Source: Minisyncoccota bacterium
Lineage (GTDB): Bacteria; Patescibacteriota; Minisyncoccia; Phycocordibacterales; UBA9973
Reading direction: 5' to 3'
Length of the DNA: 64,000 bases
Assembly (NCBI GenBank): GCA_041664605.1
Contig: JBAYKO010000001.1
Coordinates: forward strand, 9,220-73,219
The first letter of the stretch is position 1. Each line of letters begins with the position of its first letter. The position numbers and the translations under genes were made by a program. Positions 27,404-35,259 of this stretch are shown here, one piece after another. Below the pieces are notes generated by a model. It was not told where the DNA came from and searched no databases. It saw only the letters and a list, made by a program, of their open reading frames with translations.

Positions 27404-29116
27404 ATGGTAAAAAAAATATTAAACATATTTAATAAAGAAACTAGTGGTATAAATGAGGCAGCTTTTTTACTTGGTCTTTTTGCTTTTGTTTCTCAACTGC
27501 TTGGATTATTTAGAGATAGGGCACTGGCTCATTATCTTGGACCATCAAAACCTCTTGATGTTTATTATGCAGCTTTTCGTGTTCCTGATTTTCTTTTTAT
27601 TTCAATAGCTTCAATAGTTTCTATTACGGTTTTAATTCCCTTTTTGATAAATAAATTAAGTAAAGGAGAAGGTGAAGAAAAAAAAGAAGCAAAAAAATTC
27701 TTCAATGATATTTTTACGGCATTCTTTTTTGGGATGATTTTTATTTGTTTTATAGCCTTTCTTTTAATGCCTTATATTGCACCCTACATAGCTCCAGGTT
27801 TTGGCGCGTCAGAATTACATGATTTGGTCGTAGCCAGTAGAATAATGCTTTTGTCCCCAATTTTACTTGGCCTCTCTAACCTTTTTGGAACTATTACCCA
27901 AGTCAATAAAAAGTTCTTAATTTTCTCTCTCAGCCCTGTTTTTTACAACCTAGGTATAATTATCGGAATCTTCTTCTTCTACCCAATTTGGGGCGTTTAT
28001 GGGCTTATAGTGGGGGTTGTTTTTGGTGCATTACTTCATTTACTTATTCAATTACCGATTGCCTTTAAACATGGTTTCCGGCCTAGTTTTTCTAGAAAAA
28101 TAGACTGGGTTCAAATGAAGAAAGTTGTTCTAACTTCTTTTCCAAGAACCATTGCTTTGTCACTTTATAATATTTCTATAATTACAATTATTGCCTTCGC
28201 TTCAACTATTAAAGAGGGTTCAATTTCTATTTTTAATTTTGCTTTCAATCTTGAATCTGTGCCGGTTGGGATAATCGGGATAAGTTATTCTGTGGCAGCT
28301 TTTCCAACACTGGCAAAAACTTTCTCTCTTGGTGATAGGGAAAAATTTGTAAAACAAATTACAGCTTCACTTAAACAAATTATTTTTTGGTCACTACCAG
28401 TTGTATTTTTATTTGTAGTTTTGCGTGCGCAGATAGTCAGAGTGATTTTAGGGTCAGGATCTTTTACTTGGGATGATACAAGACTGACTGCAGCGTGTCT
28501 CGCAATTTTTTCTTTTTCTATTATTGCTCAAAATCTTTTGCAACTTTTCACAAGAGGGTATTATGCGGCAGGAAAAACAAAAAGACCACTTATCATTAAT
28601 CTTATTTTTTATTTTTTAATTATTGCACTTTGTTATATTCTTCTTAGAGCATTTAATAATTTTCCATATTTTAAATATTTTATGGAATCTATTTTAAGGG
28701 TTGAAGATATAAAAGGAACAGCTTTACTTGTATTACCACTTGCTTATACTATTGGGACACTTCTAAATCTCACTGCTATGTGGATTTCATTTAAGAATGA
28801 TTTTTTTAAAGAATTTTCTCTCTCAATTTCTAAAACATTTTTTCAAAGTTTTTCCGCATCTTTTATAATGGGTACAGTGGCTTATCAATTTCTTTCTGTT
28901 TTTGATAATGTTTTTGATATAAATAGATTTTGGGGAGTTTTATTACAAGGACTGTGTTCTGGACTTATTGGAATCATTGTGGGGGTAATAATGTTAAAAC
29001 TTTTGAAAAATGAAGAACTAGAAAGTATAATCAAAACACTCAAAAGTAAGTTTTGGAAAACCAAAATTACAGTTTCACCACAAGATGATTTACAAGGAAT
29101 TTCTGGTAATATATAG
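27404..29116 (+). CDS. murJ: lipid II flippase MurJ
   Basis: MurJ/MviN N-terminus LLGLFRDRALAHYLG with about 14 TM helices; 570 aa. Confidence 0.8.
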   Translation: MVKKILNIFNKETSGINEAAFLLGLFAFVSQLLGLFRDRALAHYLGPSKPLDVYYAAFRVPDFLFISIASIVSITVLIPFLINKLSKGEGEEKKEAKKFFNDIFTAFFFGMIFICFIAFLLMPYIAPYIAPGFGASELHDLVVASRIMLLSPILLGLSNLFGTITQVNKKFLIFSLSPVFYNLGIIIGIFFFYPIWGVYGLIVGVVFGALLHLLIQLPIAFKHGFRPSFSRKIDWVQMKKVVLTSFPRTIALSLYNISIITIIAFASTIKEGSISIFNFAFNLESVPVGIIGISYSVAAFPTLAKTFSLGDREKFVKQITASLKQIIFWSLPVVFLFVVLRAQIVRVILGSGSFTWDDTRLTAACLAIFSFSIIAQNLLQLFTRGYYAAGKTKRPLIINLIFYFLIIALCYILLRAFNNFPYFKYFMESILRVEDIKGTALLVLPLAYTIGTLLNLTAMWISFKNDFFKEFSLSISKTFFQSFSASFIMGTVAYQFLSVFDNVFDINRFWGVLLQGLCSGLIGIIVGVIMLKLLKNEELESIIKTLKSKFWKTKITVSPQDDLQGISGNI

Positions 29117-29177
29117 CGTTTGACAAAATTTCCATAAAGGTGTATTTTAAGGGCAGAAAAGATCCTAAAAATATATT

Positions 29178-29453
29178 ATGGGAAAAGTTTACAAACAATG
29201 TAAAAATCGTCAGGAACTTATAGATCATCTTGGTATAGACGAAAAGACCTTTTTAAAAGGTAAAAAAAACGTTTTAAAGATGTTCCGTGGAATAAAAAAC
29301 AAGAAGACTAAAATGTATATTGGTCGTGACACAAAAACAGTTGAGGAATTGATTATCTGTATTGATAATGAAGATTATAATGGAATCGATAATATCATGG
29401 CAGAAATTGAGGCTTGGCCTGAAAAATATGGAGAGACAAAGAATAACGACTAG
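29178..29453 (+). CDS. hypothetical protein
   Basis: 91-aa ORF followed by a terminator. Confidence 0.4.
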   Translation: MGKVYKQCKNRQELIDHLGIDEKTFLKGKKNVLKMFRGIKNKKTKMYIGRDTKTVEELIICIDNEDYNGIDNIMAEIEAWPEKYGETKNND

Positions 29454-29467
29454 GATTTTCCTAATAT

Positions 29468-29495
29468 AAAAACCCGCCAGATGTGGCGGGTTTTG
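29468..29495 (+). terminator. intrinsic terminator
   Basis: aaaacccgccagatgtggcgggtttt. Confidence 0.7.
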
Positions 29496-29565
29496 TTGTA
29501 TTGACAAAAATGATTAATGATATAGACTCTGTTTAGAAAATAGTTCTTATTTAAATTTTGAATAT

Positions 29566-29949
29566 ATGAAGAATGTTTTTGTTGAAGACTACTCTAGTCG
29601 TCATAGCCTTGACGCAATGATTGTATTAACCAAAGTTTATAAAGATAAAGCAATTGTCTTTGGGGGATCATACCTGCCCGAAATAATAGGAAAATGGGAT
29701 TTAATTTTTGTTAATGTCCATAAGATAGTTGATGAAAACAAACCATTTGATCTTGAAGAAGTTGCAACGATGTGTGGAAAAGAAGATTGCAAAAAGATTA
29801 TTTTTTCATCAAACAAAGTGCTTCTTGATGAAATGCGGAATCGTTATGGTTCTAAAGATAATTTTTTCTTTCTTAATAATTCTGTTCTTATGTATGCATT
29901 CGGTGATGATAAAACTGCTATTGATCAACTTCTATCATTTTTGTTATAG
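29566..29949 (+). CDS. hypothetical protein
   Basis: 127-aa ORF with a terminator at 29958..29993. Confidence 0.4.
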   Translation: MKNVFVEDYSSRHSLDAMIVLTKVYKDKAIVFGGSYLPEIIGKWDLIFVNVHKIVDENKPFDLEEVATMCGKEDCKKIIFSSNKVLLDEMRNRYGSKDNFFFLNNSVLMYAFGDDKTAIDQLLSFLL

Positions 29950-30033
29950 ATAATATTAACCCCGTTCCGGCCAAAGTCGGAACGGGGTTTGTTTTTTACT
30001 GGAATTTTAATGATTTTTTGGTAAGATGATTCT

Positions 30034-31860
30034 ATGGCGAATTTAAGCAATATAAGAAATTTTAGTATTATAGCTCACATTGATCACGGTAAGTCAACTT
30101 TGGCTGACCGGATGTTAGAAATTACTCACACTATTGAAGCAAGAAAAATGCGAGATCAGGTGCTAGACAATATGGAACTTGAAAGAGAAAGAGGAATAAC
30201 TATTAAAATGCAACCTGTCAGAATGGATTATGAGACAGGTGGGAAAAAATATATTTTAAATTTAATTGATACTCCGGGGCATATAGATTTCTCTTATGAG
30301 GTTTCGCGTGCCCTAAAGGCTGTAGAAGGCTCAATTCTTTTAATTGATGCAACTCAAGGGGTTCAAGCCCAAACATTAACCACGCTTAATATGGCTCGTG
30401 AGAGTGGTCTTGTGCTTATTCCTGTACTTTCTAAAGTTGATTCACCACTAGCTAGAATTGATGAAATAAAAATGGAAGTAGCTTTGCTTTTAGATATTGA
30501 TCCAGACGAAATTTTGGAAGTTTCAGGAAAAACAGGCGAGGGAGTAGAGAATTTACTTAAAGCAATTATTGAAAAAATTCCCGAGCCCAAATTAATTCAA
30601 GAAATAAAAGATAGTAGTCAAGCACTAGTTTTTGATTTTAAATACGATAGCCATAGAGGAGTTATTGTTTATGTGCGTGTTTTTGCTGGTTCAATAAAAA
30701 AAGGGGACTCACTTTTGTTTTGTGTTTCAAGAGAAAAATTTATTTCTCTTGAAGTCGGTATATTTTCTCCTGAAGAAAATCCGAAAGACTCCATTGATGT
30801 CGGGGAGATTGGATATATTGTGACAGGAATCAAAAGACCAGGAATCGCTTCTGTTGGAGATACTATTACTCATAATAAAAAACCACTTAAAGCATTGCCG
30901 GGTTATATGAATCCAAAGCCGGTTGTTTGGGCATCAGTTTATCCTGAAGACTCAGATCAATTTCCTGATTTAAAACTCGCACTTTCAAGACTTCGTTTAT
31001 CTGACTCAGCTTTTTCTTATGAGGAAGAATCATCTGGAACACTTGGAAAAGGTTTTCGTTGTGGATTTTTGGGAATGTTACATTTGGAAATAATCACAGA
31101 AAGATTAAGAAGGGAATTTAATCTGGAGTTGGTGGTAACCACGCCGTCTATTACATACAAGGTAATTTTAAAAAATGGAAAAGAGCAGATTGTTTATTCA
31201 CCTCACTTTTTTCCAGAAGATGGACAAATAGTGAAAGTTTATGAGCCGTGGGTTTCAGTAAAAATTATTACTCCTCAAATATATTCAGGACAACTAATGC
31301 CGTTTCTTTTTGACCATGAAGCAGAAGTTCACACAACAGAAAATTTCGGAGATAATCGTTCGGCCATAAGTTTTGAAATGCCACTTCGTGAATTGATGAG
31401 AAACTTTTTTGATGATTTAAAAAGTCTGACTTCTGGTTATGGATCTATTTCTTATGAAATTGGAGAATATAGAGAGGCTGATGTTGTTAGACTAGATATC
31501 TTAGTAGCAGATGAGTCAATGTTGGCTTTTTGTAGAGTAGTTTCAAGAAGGAGAGTTGAAGAAGAAGCTCGAAGCCAAGTAGAAAAACTAAAAGGAATAA
31601 TTCCGCGCCAGCAATTTGCTTTTAAAATCCAAGGGAAAGCATTAGGCAGAATTATTGCTTCTGAATCAGTTTCAGCCTTTAGAAAAGATGTTTTGATGCA
31701 CGGAAGTAAGGTTGTGGGTGGTGGAGATGTTACTCGAAAGAAGAAACTTCTAGAAAAACAAAAAAGAGGAAAAGCTAAAATGAAAGAGCACGCAAGAGTG
31801 AACATTACGCAAGATGTATTTTTGAAAATGATGAGAAATAGTGGAAATGGGAAAAAATAG
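30034..31860 (+). CDS. lepA: elongation factor 4 (LepA)
   Basis: G1 motif IIAHIDHGKSTLADRML, the DTPGH motif and the LepA C-terminal domain; 608 aa. Confidence 0.9.
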   Translation: MANLSNIRNFSIIAHIDHGKSTLADRMLEITHTIEARKMRDQVLDNMELERERGITIKMQPVRMDYETGGKKYILNLIDTPGHIDFSYEVSRALKAVEGSILLIDATQGVQAQTLTTLNMARESGLVLIPVLSKVDSPLARIDEIKMEVALLLDIDPDEILEVSGKTGEGVENLLKAIIEKIPEPKLIQEIKDSSQALVFDFKYDSHRGVIVYVRVFAGSIKKGDSLLFCVSREKFISLEVGIFSPEENPKDSIDVGEIGYIVTGIKRPGIASVGDTITHNKKPLKALPGYMNPKPVVWASVYPEDSDQFPDLKLALSRLRLSDSAFSYEEESSGTLGKGFRCGFLGMLHLEIITERLRREFNLELVVTTPSITYKVILKNGKEQIVYSPHFFPEDGQIVKVYEPWVSVKIITPQIYSGQLMPFLFDHEAEVHTTENFGDNRSAISFEMPLRELMRNFFDDLKSLTSGYGSISYEIGEYREADVVRLDILVADESMLAFCRVVSRRRVEEEARSQVEKLKGIIPRQQFAFKIQGKALGRIIASESVSAFRKDVLMHGSKVVGGGDVTRKKKLLEKQKRGKAKMKEHARVNITQDVFLKMMRNSGNGKK

Positions 31861-32099
31861 ACTAGATATTTATTGCACAGCGTAAAGCATTACCATGCTG
31901 ATAATAACTAGAATACAAACCACTGACCATATAATCTGAACTTTTTTCTGATGTTTTTTATTGAAAAGCATTATTTTTTAATAAGCCATATTTAGGCTAT
32001 AATTAATTTCGTAACAAATTTATCCAGCACTAAATTATTAAATTGAACCTCAATAATTTATAAAACCACTATTTAGTGCTGGATAAACTATATCAAAAG

Positions 32100-32480
32100 A
32101 TGGCTAATTTTCAAAGAAAAAACAAATATAAAAATGTTTTATATTCTAAAGTTTCCATAGTTATTTTAGGGTTACTTACTCTTTTTCTTTTAGTTGGCGT
32201 TATAAGTATGATAAGAAAGACAAGAGAAGCTTATATAAATAAAGAAGTTACAAAAGAAAAATTGGCTGAATTGAAAGATCAAAAAGGATTATTAGAAAAT
32301 GAAACAGCTAAATTAAAAACTGAGGAAGGGGTTGAAGAAAGTATTAGGGAAAAATTTAGAGTGGTAAAAGATGGTGAAGGGTTAGTAGTTATTACAGATG
32401 AAAAACCAAAAAAAGAAGAAATAGATAGTAGTAGAAAAGATGGTGGTTTTTGGCAATTTATAAAAAATATATTCAATTGA
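32100..32480 (+). CDS. FtsB/DivIC-like septum formation initiator (single TM plus coiled coil)
   Basis: TM helix VSIVILGLLTLFLLVGVI followed by a leucine-zipper-like coiled coil; ends at TGA. Confidence 0.45.
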   Translation: MANFQRKNKYKNVLYSKVSIVILGLLTLFLLVGVISMIRKTREAYINKEVTKEKLAELKDQKGLLENETAKLKTEEGVEESIREKFRVVKDGEGLVVITDEKPKKEEIDSSRKDGGFWQFIKNIFN

Positions 32481-32517
32481 CATTCCAACATTCTGTAGAA
32501 TGTTGGAATGTGAAATT

Positions 32518-32589
32518 GCGGGATTGGTTTAGTGGTAGAACGAGTCCTTCCCAAGGATTAGACACGAGTTCGATTCTCGTATCCCGCAC
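32518..32589 (+). tRNA. tRNA-Gly (anticodon CCC)
   Basis: GCGGGAT acceptor; anticodon stem agtcc/ggatt with loop ttCCCaa; T-arm GAGTTCGATTCTC. Confidence 0.8.
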
Positions 32590-32687
32590 AAATTTTAGAT
32601 ATTTTCCTTACTTTAAAAATTCATGTATAATAGTTTTGTTAATAATTAAAAAAGATGATCTACGCCGTTGGCGGGATAAAAAATTAT

Positions 32688-32921
32688 ATGAAAAAAGTCC
32701 AAATTTTTAGTACACCGTCCTGTGTATATTGTGTAGCAGCCAAAAATTTCTTTAAAGAAAATCATATCGAATATGAGGAATTTAATGTTGCAGAAGATAT
32801 GGAAAAAAGAACAGAAATGATAAAAAGAAGCGGTCAAATGGGTGTTCCTGTAATTATTATAGAAAATGACATTGTAGTTGGATTCAATAAAGATAAAGTT
32901 GCTAATTTACTAGGATTATAA
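32688..32921 (+). CDS. glutaredoxin-like protein (NrdH/YruB type)
   Basis: CVYC active site and a GVPVIII thioredoxin fold. Confidence 0.7.
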   Translation: MKKVQIFSTPSCVYCVAAKNFFKENHIEYEEFNVAEDMEKRTEMIKRSGQMGVPVIIIENDIVVGFNKDKVANLLGL

Positions 32922-32980
32922 AAATTCCCCACTTTGGTGGGGTTTTTACATTGTGTTATATTAATTCTATTGTCCTCGTA

Positions 32981-33048
32981 GTTCAATGGACCCCAGCACT
33001 AAAATTTTAAATCGAATGTACTTAAAATTTAGTGCGGGGCGAGAAGTG
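32981..33048 (+). other. duplicated 5' fragment of tRNA-Arg (19 nt) fused to a GC-clamped hairpin
   Basis: gtcctcgtagttcaatgga is identical to nt 1-19 of the tRNA-Arg at 33100; then ccccagcact...agtgcgggg inverted repeat. Confidence 0.6.
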
Positions 33049-33099
33049 ATTATGTCATGATTTTTGTAATTAAATTCGGTTATATAAAAATAAAAGTAT

Positions 33100-33171
33100 G
33101 TCCTCGTAGTTCAATGGATAGAACAGCTCCGTCCTAAGGAGTAGATATAGGTTCGATTCCTGTCGAGGACA
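33100..33171 (+). tRNA. tRNA-Arg (anticodon CCT)
   Basis: GTCCTCG acceptor; anticodon loop gtCCTaa; T-loop TTCGATT. Confidence 0.8.
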
Positions 33172-33278
33172 CAAATGTTGTTTGTGTTCGAGAAAGAATA
33201 AATTTATTTATTCTTGTGCAGGAATCGAAAGGATTTTCCATGTCGCAGATGGGAAAATCACCCGCGACAGTAGGGCGA

Positions 33279-33295
33279 GATTCCTGTCGAGGACA
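33279..33295 (+). other. duplicated 3' fragment of tRNA-Arg (17 nt)
   Basis: gattcctgtcgaggaca is identical to the 3' end of the tRNA-Arg. Confidence 0.55.
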
Positions 33296-33297
33296 CA

Positions 33298-33627
33298 TTG
33301 GTATTTTCTGTTATTTTTGATAATATAAGCTATATGGATCCTGAAATAAAAGCTCTTTTTGAAGAGAACCTTAAGGTTAATAAAGAGAACAATGTAATAC
33401 TTAAAAAAATGCGAAGGTCTCAAAAAAGATCAGATTATTTGAGACTTTTTTATTGGCTGGTAATTATCGGTATAACAGCGGGTGCTTTTTATTTTATAAA
33501 TCCCTTTATTGGGAAAATTACTTCAATTCTTAGTAGTGGGACACAAATACAAGGTGCTCAAAATTTAAGTGGAAATTTATATGATTTGAATAAGATTAAG
33601 GATTTAATGAATCAAGTAAAAAAATAA
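33298..33627 (+). CDS. hypothetical membrane protein
   Basis: 109 aa with one TM helix. Confidence 0.35.
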   Translation: MVFSVIFDNISYMDPEIKALFEENLKVNKENNVILKKMRRSQKRSDYLRLFYWLVIIGITAGAFYFINPFIGKITSILSSGTQIQGAQNLSGNLYDLNKIKDLMNQVKK

Positions 33628-33678
33628 AAGGGTTATCTTTTAACTTTATAACTTTATGAACTTTTAACTTATGTATAT

Positions 33679-33755
33679 GCCCAAGTAGCTCAGTTGGTTA
33701 GAGCATTCGCCTGAAGAGCGAGGGGTCGGCAGTTCGAATCTGCCCTTGGGCACCA
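33679..33755 (+). tRNA. tRNA-Phe (anticodon GAA), CCA encoded
   Basis: GCCCAAGTAGCTCAGTTGG...; anticodon loop ctGAAga; ends GGGCACCA. Confidence 0.9.
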
Positions 33756-33816
33756 AATAAAAAAAACATCTTCTTTGAAATTTGAGCAGAAGAGATTAAA
33801 GAAATATAAATAATAA

Positions 33817-33852
33817 AAACCCCGCTCCGATTTTGGTCGGAGCGGGGTTTTT
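33817..33852. terminator. bidirectional terminator
   Basis: aaaaccccgctccgattttggtcggagcggggttttt. Confidence 0.7.
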
Positions 33853-33853
33853 A

Positions 33854-34345
33854 TTATACTGATTTTACTTTTAGATTTGTTTGTTTATTCTTGTCTATTT
33901 TCGGAAGTTTTATTATTAGAAGTCCGTGTTTTTCCATAGCCTCAGCATCTTCTGGTTCAATCTCTTGGGGAAGTAGGATTGATCGCGAGAATGATCCCCA
34001 ATATAATTCTTTTACAAAATAATTGTCATCGTTTATTGTCCTATTTACCTCTCTCCTTCCTTTGAGGTTTACCATGTCTCTTGTGATGTTTATACTTAAA
34101 TCTTCTGGTCTTACTCCTGCTACCATAGTTTGAATTACAATATCGGTTGGCGTCTGATATACATCAACAGAAAGTTGTCCGTCTTCCTCCTCTTCATTAA
34201 ATTCCTCCTCGTCGAAATCACCTGTAGTTGATTTTACAGAAAGTTTTCTCTTTTTGCTGGTTTCTTCTTCAATCCCTCTTTCATCTTCTTCGTCTAATCT
34301 AACACCTCCGGTTAATCTTTCAAAAAATGATCTTTTTTTTGCCAT
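33854..34345 (-). CDS. Hsp20/alpha-crystallin small heat-shock protein
   Basis: alpha-crystallin core ...VKELYWGSFSRSILLP...; 163 aa. Confidence 0.75.
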   Translation of the reverse strand: MAKKRSFFERLTGGVRLDEEDERGIEEETSKKRKLSVKSTTGDFDEEEFNEEEEDGQLSVDVYQTPTDIVIQTMVAGVRPEDLSINITRDMVNLKGRREVNRTINDDNYFVKELYWGSFSRSILLPQEIEPEDAEAMEKHGLLIIKLPKIDKNKQTNLKVKSV

Positions 34346-34463
34346 CCCAATTAGAAATTAAAAACTTTTACTTAATATTATCTTAAATTTATAAAAGTAA
34401 TTAATTGTGATTATGTTTTTAAATTTTCCCATCAGTATATTTTTAATGGGACACGTAAATTTT

Positions 34464-35171
34464 TTAACGAACCCTAATTCTTAAATCTGGATCCATTCTT
34501 CTTAGTTTTTCAAAAAGTAACATTATAATAATAGTAATGACCCACAAGAATGAGAAAATATTTATAAGATTCCCCTTGTTGTTATTCATTATAAAAAAAT
34601 TAAAAATACTATGCAAGGAAATCGCAGCAATTATTCCACAAAATAAATAAATTCTTTTAACATAAACCTTTTTATAATAAAAAGCTAGTCCCAGTGATAT
34701 TCCAATTAAGGCACTAGATGAAGAATGAAGTAGTGTTGCACCCAAAAATCTTAAGTTTCCTGTAATTAAACTAACTGTTGTTTCATTTAGAAGTATTGGT
34801 TTTATTAAAAACATTGTATTTTCAAGAGCAGCAAAACCAAGAGCGGCAGTTATAAAATATATAGGATAGTCCACTGGTTCATCAAGGGAACTACTCTTTA
34901 ACGCGATTACAGCTACAGCTAAATATTTCATTATTTCTTCTAACATTGCCCAGATTACTGTTAAGTAATTTTTGTCAGTGATATTTGCGTTAGCCCATTT
35001 TTCAAGAGGTAAAACCAGTGCAACGGCAACCATCCCCAAAATAAAAGTAAGAAATAATAATCCTTTTGGTTCAGGTTCTTCTTTGTCTTGTTTTAACCAA
35101 AACCAAAGCCAAATCAAGGCCGGGATTGTTCCTGCAACCAATGCTATTATTAATATTTTTGGATTTTGCAT
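34464..35171 (-). CDS. PrsW-like intramembrane protease family protein
   Basis: Membrane protein with EEIMK (EExxK), FAALE (FxxxE) and HSIFN (HxxxN) motifs. Confidence 0.45.
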   Translation of the reverse strand: MQNPKILIIALVAGTIPALIWLWFWLKQDKEEPEPKGLLFLTFILGMVAVALVLPLEKWANANITDKNYLTVIWAMLEEIMKYLAVAVIALKSSSLDEPVDYPIYFITAALGFAALENTMFLIKPILLNETTVSLITGNLRFLGATLLHSSSSALIGISLGLAFYYKKVYVKRIYLFCGIIAAISLHSIFNFFIMNNNKGNLINIFSFLWVITIIIMLLFEKLRRMDPDLRIRVR

Positions 35172-35259
35172 AGATTAGGTTTTAGATAAGAATTTTCATT
35201 TTTTACTTTATAACCCCAGTAGTAGAGCAAAGCTCACTACGGGGCATGCTTTATAAACT

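Noticed and set aside
32478-32480. Alternative genetic code (UGA recoded, as in some CPR lineages)
   Set aside because: TGA terminates conserved genes at the expected length (for example the FtsB-like gene here), and full-length aaRS, ftsZ and lepA genes contain no in-frame TGA.
32450-32710. 86-aa ORF from the track
   Set aside because: It overlaps tRNA-Gly (32518..32589) and the glutaredoxin start, so it is spurious.
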